A DNA stretch of 63,890 bases, the filler included, from Choristocarpus tenellus KU-1152 (Eukaryota; Protista; Phaeophyceae), in NCBI GenBank assembly GCA_964200185.2. It is 9 parts of 9 records of this genome, joined end to end, with 100 filler letters (N's around TTAATTAATTAA, not from the genome) between each part and the next. Parts side by side here need not be neighbours in the genome. Positions count along the whole stretch, not along the records: positions 4,232 to 26,961 come from CAXNAD020000279.1; 8 more parts are not named here. The stretch is one strand, 5' to 3'. The position numbers were made by a program, and so were the translations under genes. This document shows, in pieces, positions 13,401-25,174 of this stretch. How positions within the stretch are numbered: position 1 is the stretch's first letter; every line of letters starts with the position of its first letter. The notes below the pieces were generated by a model that was given only the letters and a program-made list of their open reading frames with translations, was not told where the DNA came from and searched no databases.

Positions 13401-16400
13401 GTGATACCCCTACTTCCTCACCTTCCAACAATATGTGCAACGTTGAAGCCCATAGCATTCTCTACATACAACTCCACCCCCGCCCTCCTCAAGACCCTGA
13501 CACGATCCAATGCCACCACTACCACCCTGTCTCTGTCATGTTGGGCAAAGTAAAATGTTGTGGACGCTGCTGCCACAAAACCTTCTGTATTCTGTCTTGC
13601 AATCTCCTCCTCACTCTCACGGGCACGGGGAGGGTAGTGCAGACGTTCTCGGGGGTTTATCACAAGAAGGTTGTTCTATATTACCATGACACACACAAGG
13701 AAGAGGAGAGGAATGGATTTGAGGACAAAGGATACATACATTTCAACAAACTGTGGTGTTCAGTGTTTTGTGAGAAGACATATGATACTTGCACCTCATT
13801 AAGCATCAATACTAGGGATTATTCGTTTGTGCATTGTTCTTACCCCAGCAAAGAATTACATCTATTGCTGAACTTGGACAACATATTCAGTTCTTTGCTT
13901 CTCCTGTCAACTATTGAGTAATCTATCAAATTGATATTACTATTTTGTACAAACCAATGCAAACCATATCACTACTCACTTCAACATAGAACATTTGTAA
14001 TCACAAGATGGGCCTTAACGCCAAAGATCACTCCTCACACACTACCACTTCATGAATATACTCAACACCTAGTCTCAATATGCATTCCACATCACATCCA
14101 AGGCATTCAAGACAAACACCTAACGCATCATAACTTAACTTAACTTAACCAACTCCGATAAACATCACAAACTCCTAAATGTACCTGAAGGATACCGTCA
14201 GAGAGCTGAGCATTAGATGAACACTCCATCACCACTGCACCACGACTAGCATCAGCAAAGTCAGTGTCCTGCTCTTCCACATCTGCATATGCATGAGTTG
14301 TGACCTCCTCATTGACACTGTTCCCACTCAATCTTTCGTCCTCCTTCTCTTCATCCTCAGCTGATGTTTCTGATATGCCAGGAAATCCTGGAATGGGTAG
14401 GTGAGCTAGGCTGATGATCTTCTCCATTTGAAGATTGGACATGGAGAGGACAGCCACCTCCCCCACCTCAAGTGCCCCAGACACCTGCAAGGGTAGTACA
14501 AGACAGTTTCCTTTAGAATTGTGAAAAGGGGAGTTGCCCTTCAGACCTGATGACATCTTTAGCATCAGAATATTGTAATACAGATTAGTTAAATCGTCAA
14601 TTGACTATAGGCGAAGAGAAAAAGTACATATATTCCAAGCACAGGGTAAAACTGTGTAAACACCCTATTGAGTACAAACACAGTGGCTCAATGTTCCCAG
14701 TAATGGTGGTAGTATGAATACTACTACATACTACTCCAGTATTGTATACCCAGGCCTTGCAAGCAGTGGAAATACAAAACCTCTCAACTTCAGTCACATG
14801 TCATTTACCACCAAGTATACAATAATGCTTGAAATATCAATGTAAATTAACACTACTCATGAATAAAGATACACGTTCCAACATATCCTCTTAAAAAACA
14901 GTAGTAACAACACAATTGTTGAGGTTTGGGACATAGTTGTGTCATCTTTTGTCATCTCACCTTCTCCCTCAAGAAAAGTCGTCCCCCCACACACACCAAC
15001 CACACTGGCCGTGCTGGGGCAACTGGTCCAGCCCTGGCTGCCATCGAGACATCTGCAACCCCTCTTGCCACATGTGCCTGAGGAATAGCATTGGTCAACA
15101 TACCCAGGTCCTGTACAAAGTACAACAAATTATCATCAAATTACCAGTAACAAGGACACACAGAGGAAGGAGGGTTGGAAATAACTATGCATGCTGGCAC
15201 GGACTAGATACAGTAAAAACATGTAATTGTTGCTCCTGTGTGAATTTCTCCATCAACACACAGCATCGCACTTTCAACTACACTGCATACTACTAACTAC
15301 AGACTATTAACTACTAACTACTAACTACAAACTACAGGCCACTAACTACAGACTAACTACAGACTACTAGCAACAAACTATCAACTACCAACTACTAACT
15401 TGATCAAATGAGTTAAAAAGAAAAAGTCACAATACTATTCTCTGATCAATTCAGTTACAATACAATACAAGAAGATATTTACATGGACATACAACACAGC
15501 CCGTCACTAACAAGATACACGTCTCCAGTAAATATGTCAGGTGACAGTGTGTGAAACCACTCGTATCATACACTAACTAAAATCATATACTAACTAAAAA
15601 AGAACAAAAAGGTAAAATATATGGGTCCATGGTACCACACTCCAATCCTTCCCTCTGAGAAGAAAACATCACATAACAAATATCTAGTAATAGGGCACTA
15701 TGTGTGCCATGGAATAATATGGAGTCCAGGCAAGTGTGGCCAAGAGAATGAAATCAGCTATCAGTTCACACCCTACCGATAAGGGATCCACAGTGTCTCC
15801 AGTGTCTGGATGTACAAGCTCAAGAATTTCTCCATCTGCAGAGCTATCATCATCCTCATTGACCATGAGTGGGGTCCAACCCTCCTCCTGGAAGCCGTAA
15901 AAATGAAGATAGAACATGTGAAGGCAACCGTCAACACTGTAAGCATGAGTAGTTATACTCATGCTGATAGAATCAAGCATGATACAGTAAAAGCCTCACA
16001 AGGGTGGATGAATGCTTGTGTAAGTAAGCAAGTTATGCGTAACAAATGTCCTGACAACCACTGTGCCATACAGTGGTCATAAGACACATCTACGTGATAC
16101 AACATTACAAAAAAAAATACTAGGAACATGGAACACTTTTTCCAATCTGCATCAAAACAAGGACATCAACAAATACATCAACAATCACACCCTACCAAAA
16201 GATTTGTGTATGTTCAACATCAAATGGTCAACATCCATCATCTTCATATCCTCAAAATTGGTCCACTGACATTATCAAAGGTCCTCACACGGTACCAAAT
16301 ATTGTTGTTGATCATCCTCCGCTCCAGCACTTCCCCTTCTTGGTCTTCCCCAATGTTGACAGATTGACTGTGAGCTGTCTCATCATACTCTCCAGAAGGA

Positions 16401-19400
16401 GGGATCTGTCACAACAGGAGGAAGAAATGTCCAATAGATTTCAAGTGAACAACGAAAATTCCTGACTTGAGTCAAGGTGAGTCAAGGTGAGTCAAGGTGA
16501 GTCAAGGTGAGTCAAGGTGGACACAACAATGGCAACACTCTACCAAGTGCAAACATTAGTGTTGCAAACCAAAACGGTTTACTGTGGCAATCAATAAAAT
16601 AGGGTAGAAAGTGTTTTATTTTTTATGAATCTAATCGATCTGTGAGTGCATGAGATGACACAAACAAGACGCATGCAGTTGTTTGTAGATGTTTGTAGAT
16701 GTTTGTAGATGTTTGTAGATGTTTGTAGATGTTTGTAGATGTTTGTAGATGTTTGTAGATGACCGCATACAAACCACAAGGTTTAAAACAACTAACGTCT
16801 CCACCGATCTCAGCGGGCAGATCCTATTCATCAACAGCAAAGTGTGTAACGAGGCGTGGGCAATAGTAGCAACACCTTGTGACAGACATGTGGTTTGCTT
16901 TGTGACCTCTGACACATTAAGTAGTCGCACTTTTGAATGTATTACAAACAAAAAAATAACCTAATAATCAAAACTTTTCAGTCAAGTTATTCAGTCTTGC
17001 CAAAAAATCAAACTGTTGCAATTCACACCACTGACTACTATACAATTAAAACTACTAGTGATAAGAGCCCCTCTTGTAGGAGGAGCTTTTGCCTTAACCC
17101 TAACCCTAACCCACAGTAGTATCAACAAACAAAAAACACCTCTCACATGTACCACACACATTGTGGATCACAGTCACCCATACACTCAGAATCACCCGCC
17201 CCACAATCCACAATCCACACAAATTCTTGCACCACAGTCACCCCTTACCTCAGACACCAACCCCATGGTATCTAATGACCTGAAGTGCAACCTGGGCTGA
17301 TCATATCTCACTGCCCCATCAGCATTCCTACTCATCCCAACAGCAGAGTCAGTGCCAGAAGTAGACGTAGTAGGTTGTGCCGGTAGGGGTACTCTCTGCA
17401 TGCGAATAGCAGATCTTGGTGTAGACATGGCAGAACTTGACCTCGCCAAACCAGAAGTCCTGTCATACACTCCTTCATCATCGCTATGGACCAAGTCTAA
17501 CGGGGCTGAACCCGCACGTCTAAGTGAGGCACTACTTCCATCTAGTCCAGACCTGATTCACAGGAATGACAACATCAGAGTTGTAAATAGTTTGGGTTTT
17601 AGTTCACCTATTTTCAAAATTTGAGGTATAGAACCATCAAAATAAAAATAAAAGACAAAAAAAGCATACACACTATATTTCACTTAAGTGCATGTATTAA
17701 CAGACCCATTAGTAACCACCCTCACCTCCATGACATACACAGAGCAAAAGGATCTACTCCAATCTCCTGTCCTCTCAATATCCCCCATTGGTTGACTCGT
17801 ACATGCTCAAGCTTAAACTCAAACTCTGGGAAGCCTAGGGTTTACTTGTACCAAAAGATTGTGGGTATTGAGGAAGATGCACTTTGCATCACTCAACATG
17901 TAAGGGGAGGGGGTTGTATTTCACCACCTTGCATTTTAAGGCGATTGGAGAGAGTGTATGTTAACACTAGTCTTAGCAAAGGACTCCAACAACGTGGCAT
18001 TCATGCTCTTTCAGGAACTATTCACTTTCTTTCAGCGGGGTCACTATTCCAAGCCCCCTTATTATGAGTATCTTCAAATACTTGTACCACCATTGGATAC
18101 AATGAAAAAAAATCAAAAATATAAGGGTTAGGGCTAGGGTTAGGGCTAGAACCTAGGGTAATCGCACATAGGTTGCATATGTTGGTATCAAAATAATCAC
18201 CTGTTGGGGTCGAGGTCGTAACCTTCGTGACTTCCACCAATCACATCCACCGATGCATCCCCTGGTTCATCTGTGCTGAAGTCCTGTACATTGTCAGTCA
18301 GAAAAATATTTATACTTGTTAAACAAACAAACTTGACAATAGACTTGTCAATAAACAGACTCGTCAACAAACAGACTTGTCAATAAAAACACTTGTCAAT
18401 AAAAACACTTGTCAATAAAAACACTTGTCAATAAAAACACTTGTCAATAAAAACACTTGTCAATAAAAACACTTGTCAATAAACAAATGAGGTGGAGGAG
18501 AGGAAACAGGATGAAACAGTTACTTTTACCAACAACTTTGAGGACATCAAACCGAAGATAGAACACACAACACATCAACAACACACACAAAAGAATCGAG
18601 GCATCACAAAACAAGAACACCTTCACCTCTGAAAATTCACTCTCTGACTCATACATGTAGCTGCTCTCACTCTCATCATCACCTCCCACATCATGCATTA
18701 CAGCGATATCTGCAGCACTTGGCCTCTGATATTTGTTGTACTGCAATCACAACAGTTTCAAAACAAGGGACCAAAAAAGAGTACCAAAGAGGAAGTGTCA
18801 GCTTACTACTGAAATACAAAACCACAAGATATCTTAAACAGCATCACACTCCAGGGTCTTGTTGCTGGTATGGAAGGCTGCATCACTTGCTCATACTTGA
18901 ACCAAATGTACTTAACAAATTCTTCCTCCTTCCTCAAGCACCATATAGAACCAAAAATATCCGGTCATCGCACTAACAACACAAAAATAACCCTAACACT
19001 TGAACAAAGACTTGGCATACTGCAATGCATCACCACATCTTCCTTCGAGGGGAAACACAACAGGCTCACAGTGTTAGGGTTAGACGTTGTTGACTTCAGA
19101 CACTCAGGATACACACACAGGTACAGTGTTGGTTGGTGACTTCCGACACTCAGGATACACACACAAGTACAGTGTTGTTGACTTGAGACACTCAGGATAC
19201 ACACACAAGTACAAAAAACATCCACACACAATCAGGCAGAACCAAAATATAGCAAAGCTTTTGATAGCAACAATATTTAATATTACTATTAGATATCGCC
19301 ACCTTCCAAAAGTATTCAAAGCAGCTCCTGAAAAATATATATCGCTATCACTATGTATTATCATCAGTATCACTATGTATGCATACAACACATAAAACAC

Positions 19401-22400
19401 CTGCACGGTACCTCTACTTCTATCACTACTTCTACTTCTACTCCTATGACCAGTCTCACCTAATACACTACAGGAACATGATTGGTTCTTTGACTAAACA
19501 CAGGAGGTCCAGTCAGTGCTCTTTCTACTTGCCTGTACGCCATCTTCAACTGGAATACCCTTACGTCTCTTGATGGCATCCAGTATACCAGCCTTCTTAC
19601 AGTATACATTTCCAGCAAGGGTGTTGTGGAAGCCAGTGCCAATCTAGAATACAAATTTGAAGAGAGATCAACCGGGCAGAAAGGGGAAAGTGTTGAGAAA
19701 GAGATCCAAACAGCAATCACTGAATCACAACCATGAACACAGTACAGTACCAGATAACACAGTATCCTACACTTGTTCACAGCATCCAGTAAAAGGTTGG
19801 CATTCTACACATTTACCAGCCAATGAAGCTGGTTCTCCACCTGCATAGATCACCTGACCTTCTAATCTGTCTTTCCGCTGAATCAAGCATTTACCGCACA
19901 TTCAGGTTGTTGCTCACTATATATATTTATATTATATATTTATATTATATATATTATCAAAACAAGAAAAAAGTGAAAAGAGGATTCTCTTCAGTCAATT
20001 AACGTATGTATGCAATCACCAGGTTATTAATATAATAGGTACACTAGACAAGCTATTTCAACAACACAAACCATGCCAATCAATATTGTAATACTACCTA
20101 TCGCAAGCACTCAGTATTTACTATCTCAATGAGCTTCAAATATGATGCTTCAAACTACATACAATTCAAGGTTTGCAAAAAATAGCATGTACTGCAGTAT
20201 GCTCCAGAGGAACTGCAGTGACTCACAGCGTACTTATGACTACTTATGACTACTTGCTAAGGGAAGCAGTGTACCAGACAAATGCAACCCCATTATCAAG
20301 CACAACAGGGTCACACATGAACATAAACCAATACGTGGAAGACACCCTACCTTGTACAGTGTCTTTGACACAGGCTCCCAGACATAGAGGTAAACTCCAT
20401 CTGTGGCCAAGTTACACGTCGAGAAGGCTGTCTTCAGCAAAGTGTTTTCATTAGGTAGCCTATCCATCCCTAACCTTGCAGGGAAGGAAGCCGTGCACGA
20501 ATCCGGAGTTGGGAAGGAGATCTGGTAGGAAGGGACATGGGACAAGGGCCAACAAGTTGGTATCTCATATAGTACATTAGATGCCATATACAGCAGGCAA
20601 AAACAGTAAATCCACACTTCCTGGAAACTACCTCGATACTAGTTAGTCACAGACCTCACCTACTTGAGTACTACTGCCCTAAAAAGTATTTAAAAATAGC
20701 ACCTATGCAAAGGGTGGCTCAAAGTTGCACATACAAGGGTTACCATTCCTTAATGCAATGACAAGGCAATCATAGCTGAACTTGAATTTAAATCAAGGAG
20801 CAAGGTCAACAAGAAATGTGAACCTGATAAACAACACCGAGCACATCCAAAAAGCAAAGTACTTCAAATTTTCACCACTAGAAACACTTCTTCCGGGATA
20901 GACCACCACCATAACCTGTGCAATTTTCCCTCAAGGACATTTCATGAAAAAGACCCAATCACTTACATTGCAACACAAGAGTATCATAGTAAAAATTCCA
21001 TGCACTCAATTGGTGGTCACAACACACATCCCTCGACTCCATTCAGCTATCACATAATCTACTTTGCAAAGGTTGTAGGACACCCTCCCTCACCATGTAG
21101 GATGTGGAATGCTCCCTCAACCGATTTAAGAAAGGTTCTGATGAAGGTGGTAGTGAGGGCCCTCCACTTAACAAGTACGATGCTACACATACAACATCTG
21201 CTATAGAACCGCTCACCACTCCCACAGCCAGGAGTAACGACATGGCCTGAACAGGTGGGGAAAGCAAAGGTTAGGAATACCAGTTGTCACAACCAGCTTA
21301 GGGTTAGGGTTAGAAGAGAGGCTACCTTGCATTGACCACAAAACCATGCTTCAACTAAATCATCATATTTTATTTCCCAATAAAATAGGAAAAATTATTG
21401 TACCACTAATCACCAACAGCAAACAGGCAACAACTGCTGTACCAATGATATGGACACAATAGGGTAGTAGCCAACAGCATGTTGTCCTTCACATCACTTA
21501 TAAGTCAGACTTAGTTATTGAACACCTAAGAAGTACATATACATCGCCTACACAGTTTTAAAACCCCAAACACAGCCATCATCACAAAAAACATGGTATG
21601 AGTACATGCCAGTGGGGAGAACACAAAAATCAAATTCAACACTATTCAAACCGATATATCCATCCATACCCAATCTCACTGCTAACATATAAACACCAGC
21701 TAATGCAAGAGTAACAAACTCGGTGCAAAAAGTCAAAGAAAAATAATATGCAACACTGCGATGCCAAAAAAAACAAAAACAAACCTGTGCCTTATCTTCA
21801 CAAGATGATGTTGAAGAGCTGGCAGTGTCCCTGGCTAGGGTTCGTAAATCGTGCAAGGACCCAACCAACTCGTTCGATTCCACCTATTCCAGTACAAATG
21901 AATAAAACCAAAAGCATTTATAATTTATCATCACAAAAATAGTTTAACAGATGCTGGTGAGATTGTACATATTGTATGTATCATACATATCGTACATACC
22001 AATAGCATCAACGTGGTACACAACATTGAGAAATTCATTTTGGGGGTTCTCAGTAGGACAACATGTGTACATGTGTATCATCAGCCACTGATTCAATCAA
22101 AACAAAATCAGTTGAGGTAGCTCTTCAGACAGGATTTCTTCCACATCTCTTCTAAAATAGAAAAGTAACCACAGCAGAGTAATGTAGATTCTGGATGTAA
22201 CAAGAGATAGTCCAAACCTGAGCTAGTCCAAAAGGTGGACAAGATGCAAAAAGGTCCAAGAATGTCTGGGTCATCTCCAGAAACATGTTTGGAAAAGCTG
22301 GACCCAAAATCTTCATCATCTTTAGCTGGCCTCGTAGAGTCATGGAAAGCAAAACATTTACTTCCACAGGAGCCTGGGACTAACAGTGCATGAGGCGTCA

Positions 22401-25174
22401 TAGTGGGGCCAGGGCTTAAAAAAGGAAACGCTTAAGCATGAACGGTAATTATGTGTGAAGCAGTATTAGAAGGATGAGTATGTCAGGAGGACTATCCATT
22501 CTCTCTGCTTCAGGATGGGTCATGACCAATCATATTTTGGCATGATATGGAATGGACCAATTGCATCGATTGGTCCTTTCACTAGGGACACACTGTGTCT
22601 TTGCTTCAGTGCACTAATGAAGGTCATCATGGAATGAACAACAATGTTTCAACCTATTTCAGGTCAACAAGAAAACACGACGGATATATATAATGCAGTG
22701 TAACAAAAAATATTCCAGTTGTGCTGAAATTTAAAGACACACAAGAGTAGAAGCGCCCACAATATAACCAGAGGAAGTCCATCATATAAAACACAGTACA
22801 GTCAAAATGAGCAAAATCTCGTTGAAGAGTGCTTCAGTGTCCTCATACACTAGCAGCATGTACAGTAATTCATCAATACAGTCAATACAGTCAATACATC
22901 CAATACATCCAATACATCCAATACACTCAATACATTCAATACATTCAATACATTCAATACAGTCAATACACTCAATACATTCAATACACTCAATCACTGG
23001 AATACGACAAAAAAATTGCATCCAAATGTTGACACACTATACTTTCCACCCCACTCAGGATCAGAAAAAACATGCAGCAAAATATTGCTAGAGTGGGACA
23101 AATATAAACTTATGGGTTATGTGACCGCCCAGGTTATATTAAAGTTGCCTACTTCAAGGAAGACGGACAAGTGGTGAAAAACTAGAAAAATCTCTTCTGA
23201 GAACTTCATACTTCAAACTTCAGCTAGGAGGATGCATGTCAGAGGTTACACCGTTCACTGACATAACCTCATCGAAGAAAATGCCGTAATTACGATGTTT
23301 TCTCCACAGATGAGGAAGGATCTGAGCAACTCCTATAACAAGGGGGGCTTCATATCTCACATGAACCGTGCCACAAAGTACACAAAATTCACCATGATGC
23401 ACAAAACTGAGTGCAGCACTCAAGTCTGCATCAACAATTGGGCAACATAGAAACATGAGATTCAAATCAAACACAAATACCTGAGAGAACTTATGGGGAG
23501 CAAGAGCAAACGCTAATCCACTATCCTCTCCCTCCTCTCGCTGATCAATATTGACACGAAACGACTGACGAAGCAGTGCAAGGTACATACGCTGGGAAAT
23601 GGGAAGGCAGGCCCTTTGTCAAGGCACACACAGAATAACAAACTCACAGATATGTTGGGACCACAGCATCATATAAGTTACCAACACAGTAGTGACATGG
23701 GAGTAAAACATGATAACAAAGCCACTGTAGGTAACACTCAACCAAAAAGTAGTCATTTCCACGCAAAAAGTGTGTGACCACAGGATGATCCGACAGAAAT
23801 AAAAAAATACAAGACAAGAATAATCACAAGGTAACAGCAGTTCACAATATTAAGTAGTAACAGCTTTGGATAACCAGGGCATATATTATATCTGGACATC
23901 AGCCATGTTTAGTTTGCAGGAGGTAGTCTTCACAAGTATACTGTACAATACAAACTAGACATACAAATGAAGCTAAGGTTCCAACATCTCATTGAGCTCA
24001 TCCATGGATTTGTTAGTAGTGATTAATGCCAACATTTCCCTATACACTTTCTTCAAGCTCCCAGTTGATGTAGCAAGCCTCCTTGCCTATCATTTTAGTC
24101 TAGAAAATCCTGGATTGCAAGGACCAACACCAGATGAGTAATGAAGTAGAGTGTAACAACTAACCCGTGACTCCCTAATCACGAAGAGAAACTAAGGTTG
24201 ACAGGCAACCAGCAGCGAGCGCACCTCATACAGTCTTGATCGCATGATTAAAGCAATAGCGTGAGGTGATCGTTTGAGCTGCCCCTCTCCCAGCAGCTCT
24301 GGAAAATCCTCTACGCTTGTTGCCCTTTCCCCCTTGCACCTTCTCCCCGCTGACTTTGTCCCTCCCTGCCTCAAGAGTTGCAACATACGTTGCACAGACA
24401 CCACCTCCCGCCCAGAGACAGAGGGACCGCCAGGGAATCCAGCTACTGCGGAACCAACACCAATACCTACATCCCCCCCTTCCCCATCCTCCTGCAATGA
24501 CAATTTTCATCAATAGCCAACAAAGAGGGGCCCAGCAGGCAAGTGACAAACAGTCGTGAGGTCAGCACGGCGCAATCACCCGTTGGTAGCATAGGAAAGG
24601 ATGAGAAGGTTACTAATGGGAGTCTGTGGCTCTTGCTAAATGTCAGTGGGAAACAGTCTTGAAACATAGAGAATTAGGAAGAGGAGTGACATTGCACCTC
24701 ACTAAATGTCTCTCAAGCGCCTTACAAAAGAATCCACGCCATAATTTACTGAATTGTCAACCATCAAGTATGCTATGGATATCGACGTGGTAGGTTCCTT
24801 GTGTCAGATATATTGTTGACCATGACTCACCAGTTCAAGTTGTGTACCATTGAGAACAGGGAGGTTAGCATACTCATCCTCTAAGAAGTCCTCGTTGAAG
24901 ACGATGGAAGTCGAAGCCTGTATAAATGATAGTATTCGTAAGAGATATATGGATCGGTGAGGGGGTATTGGTGCCAGAATGCATTCGATGTAGAGAGAGT
25001 GTTCGAACGTAGGTAGAGGTCTTCGTACTTTCATTATGACCTCTTCGAACAGTCAAGAAATCAGGAACACGATTCGACTGCACTCCTCACAGATAGCCAT
25101 TTGTGGTCATCTTCCACTATATCGGCATCCACAGGGTCCACTTGTGCTGAAGGGTGGTCCAAGATGTTGCCCAT
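4437..25174 (-). CDS. Giant HECTD4/HERC/MYCBP2-type E3 ubiquitin ligase-like protein, N-terminal part (25 or more exons; 3' end and any catalytic domain off-contig)
   Basis: ATG at 25174 (MGNILDHP...KWLS|ASTSIVFNEDFLEDEYANLP). Mapped exons include 25091-25174, 24831-24917, 24225-24491, 23481-23591, 19533-19643, 16271-16405, 13421-13676, 9327-9403, 8785-8956, 8072-8302, 5362-5758 and 4437-4547, with phase-consistent junctions where checked. Spliced motifs LLLAVGVVSGSI, CNLATDGVYLYVW..TLYK|IGTGFHNTLAGNVYCKK, WLVCVGGRLF, AMTSDSRHLI, ILCNGTRLMLLGPP, GLVYDQRNNMIWGW..|LCRWRNKG and IFYPTCEERCSLL occur in the order I recall from the HECTD4 N-terminus and HERC2-type scaffolds. Structure between about 22.1 and 23.4 kb is not resolved. 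Confidence 0.82.
4607..4870 (-). mobile_element. MITE family A copy (~255 bp)
   Basis: TIRs gaaagtatcttag / ctctaagatactttg, internal sequence shared with seven other copies, flanked by ATAC/ATAC. Confidence 0.88.
4982..5027. repeat. (TGTATACCCT)n 10-mer, ~4.5 copies
   Basis: Direct inspection. Confidence 0.95.
5761..5886. repeat. (GGGAGGTGACAA)n 12-mer, ~10 copies, abutting a splice acceptor
   Basis: Direct inspection. The minus strand reads (ttgtcacctccc)n-ag|exon. Confidence 0.95.
7080..7321. repeat. (AGACAAGTATC)n 11-mer, ~22 copies with a duplicated variant block
   Basis: The variant atacgagtatcatgtaagtatc occurs at 7091 and 7190. Confidence 0.95.
15291..15400. repeat. Degenerate (ACTAACT/ACAGACT)n 7-mer tract
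   Basis: Direct inspection. Confidence 0.85.
16469..16519. repeat. (GAGTCAAGGT)n 10-mer x5
   Basis: Direct inspection. Confidence 0.95.
16681..16761. repeat. (GTTTGTAGAT)n 10-mer x8
   Basis: Direct inspection. Confidence 0.95.
18330..18484. repeat. (ACACTTGTCAATAAAA)n 16-mer, ~9 copies
   Basis: Direct inspection; decays toward the left. Confidence 0.95.
19087..19213. repeat. ~42-bp unit x3
   Basis: gactt..gacactcaggatacacacaca.gtaca repeated three times. Confidence 0.92.
22873..22994. repeat. (TCAATACAN)n 9-mer, ~13 copies
   Basis: Direct inspection. Confidence 0.93.

Noticed and set aside
7080-19213. Short repeat arrays as possible CRISPR arrays
   Set aside because: Head-to-tail repeats without unique spacers, inside eukaryotic introns, with no cas genes.
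22782-23091. Cys/His-rich ORFs (CIECIE.., IHSIHS..) resembling metal-binding peptides; likewise the repeat ORFs at 7050-7379 and 16591-16951
   Set aside because: Translations of intronic minisatellites.
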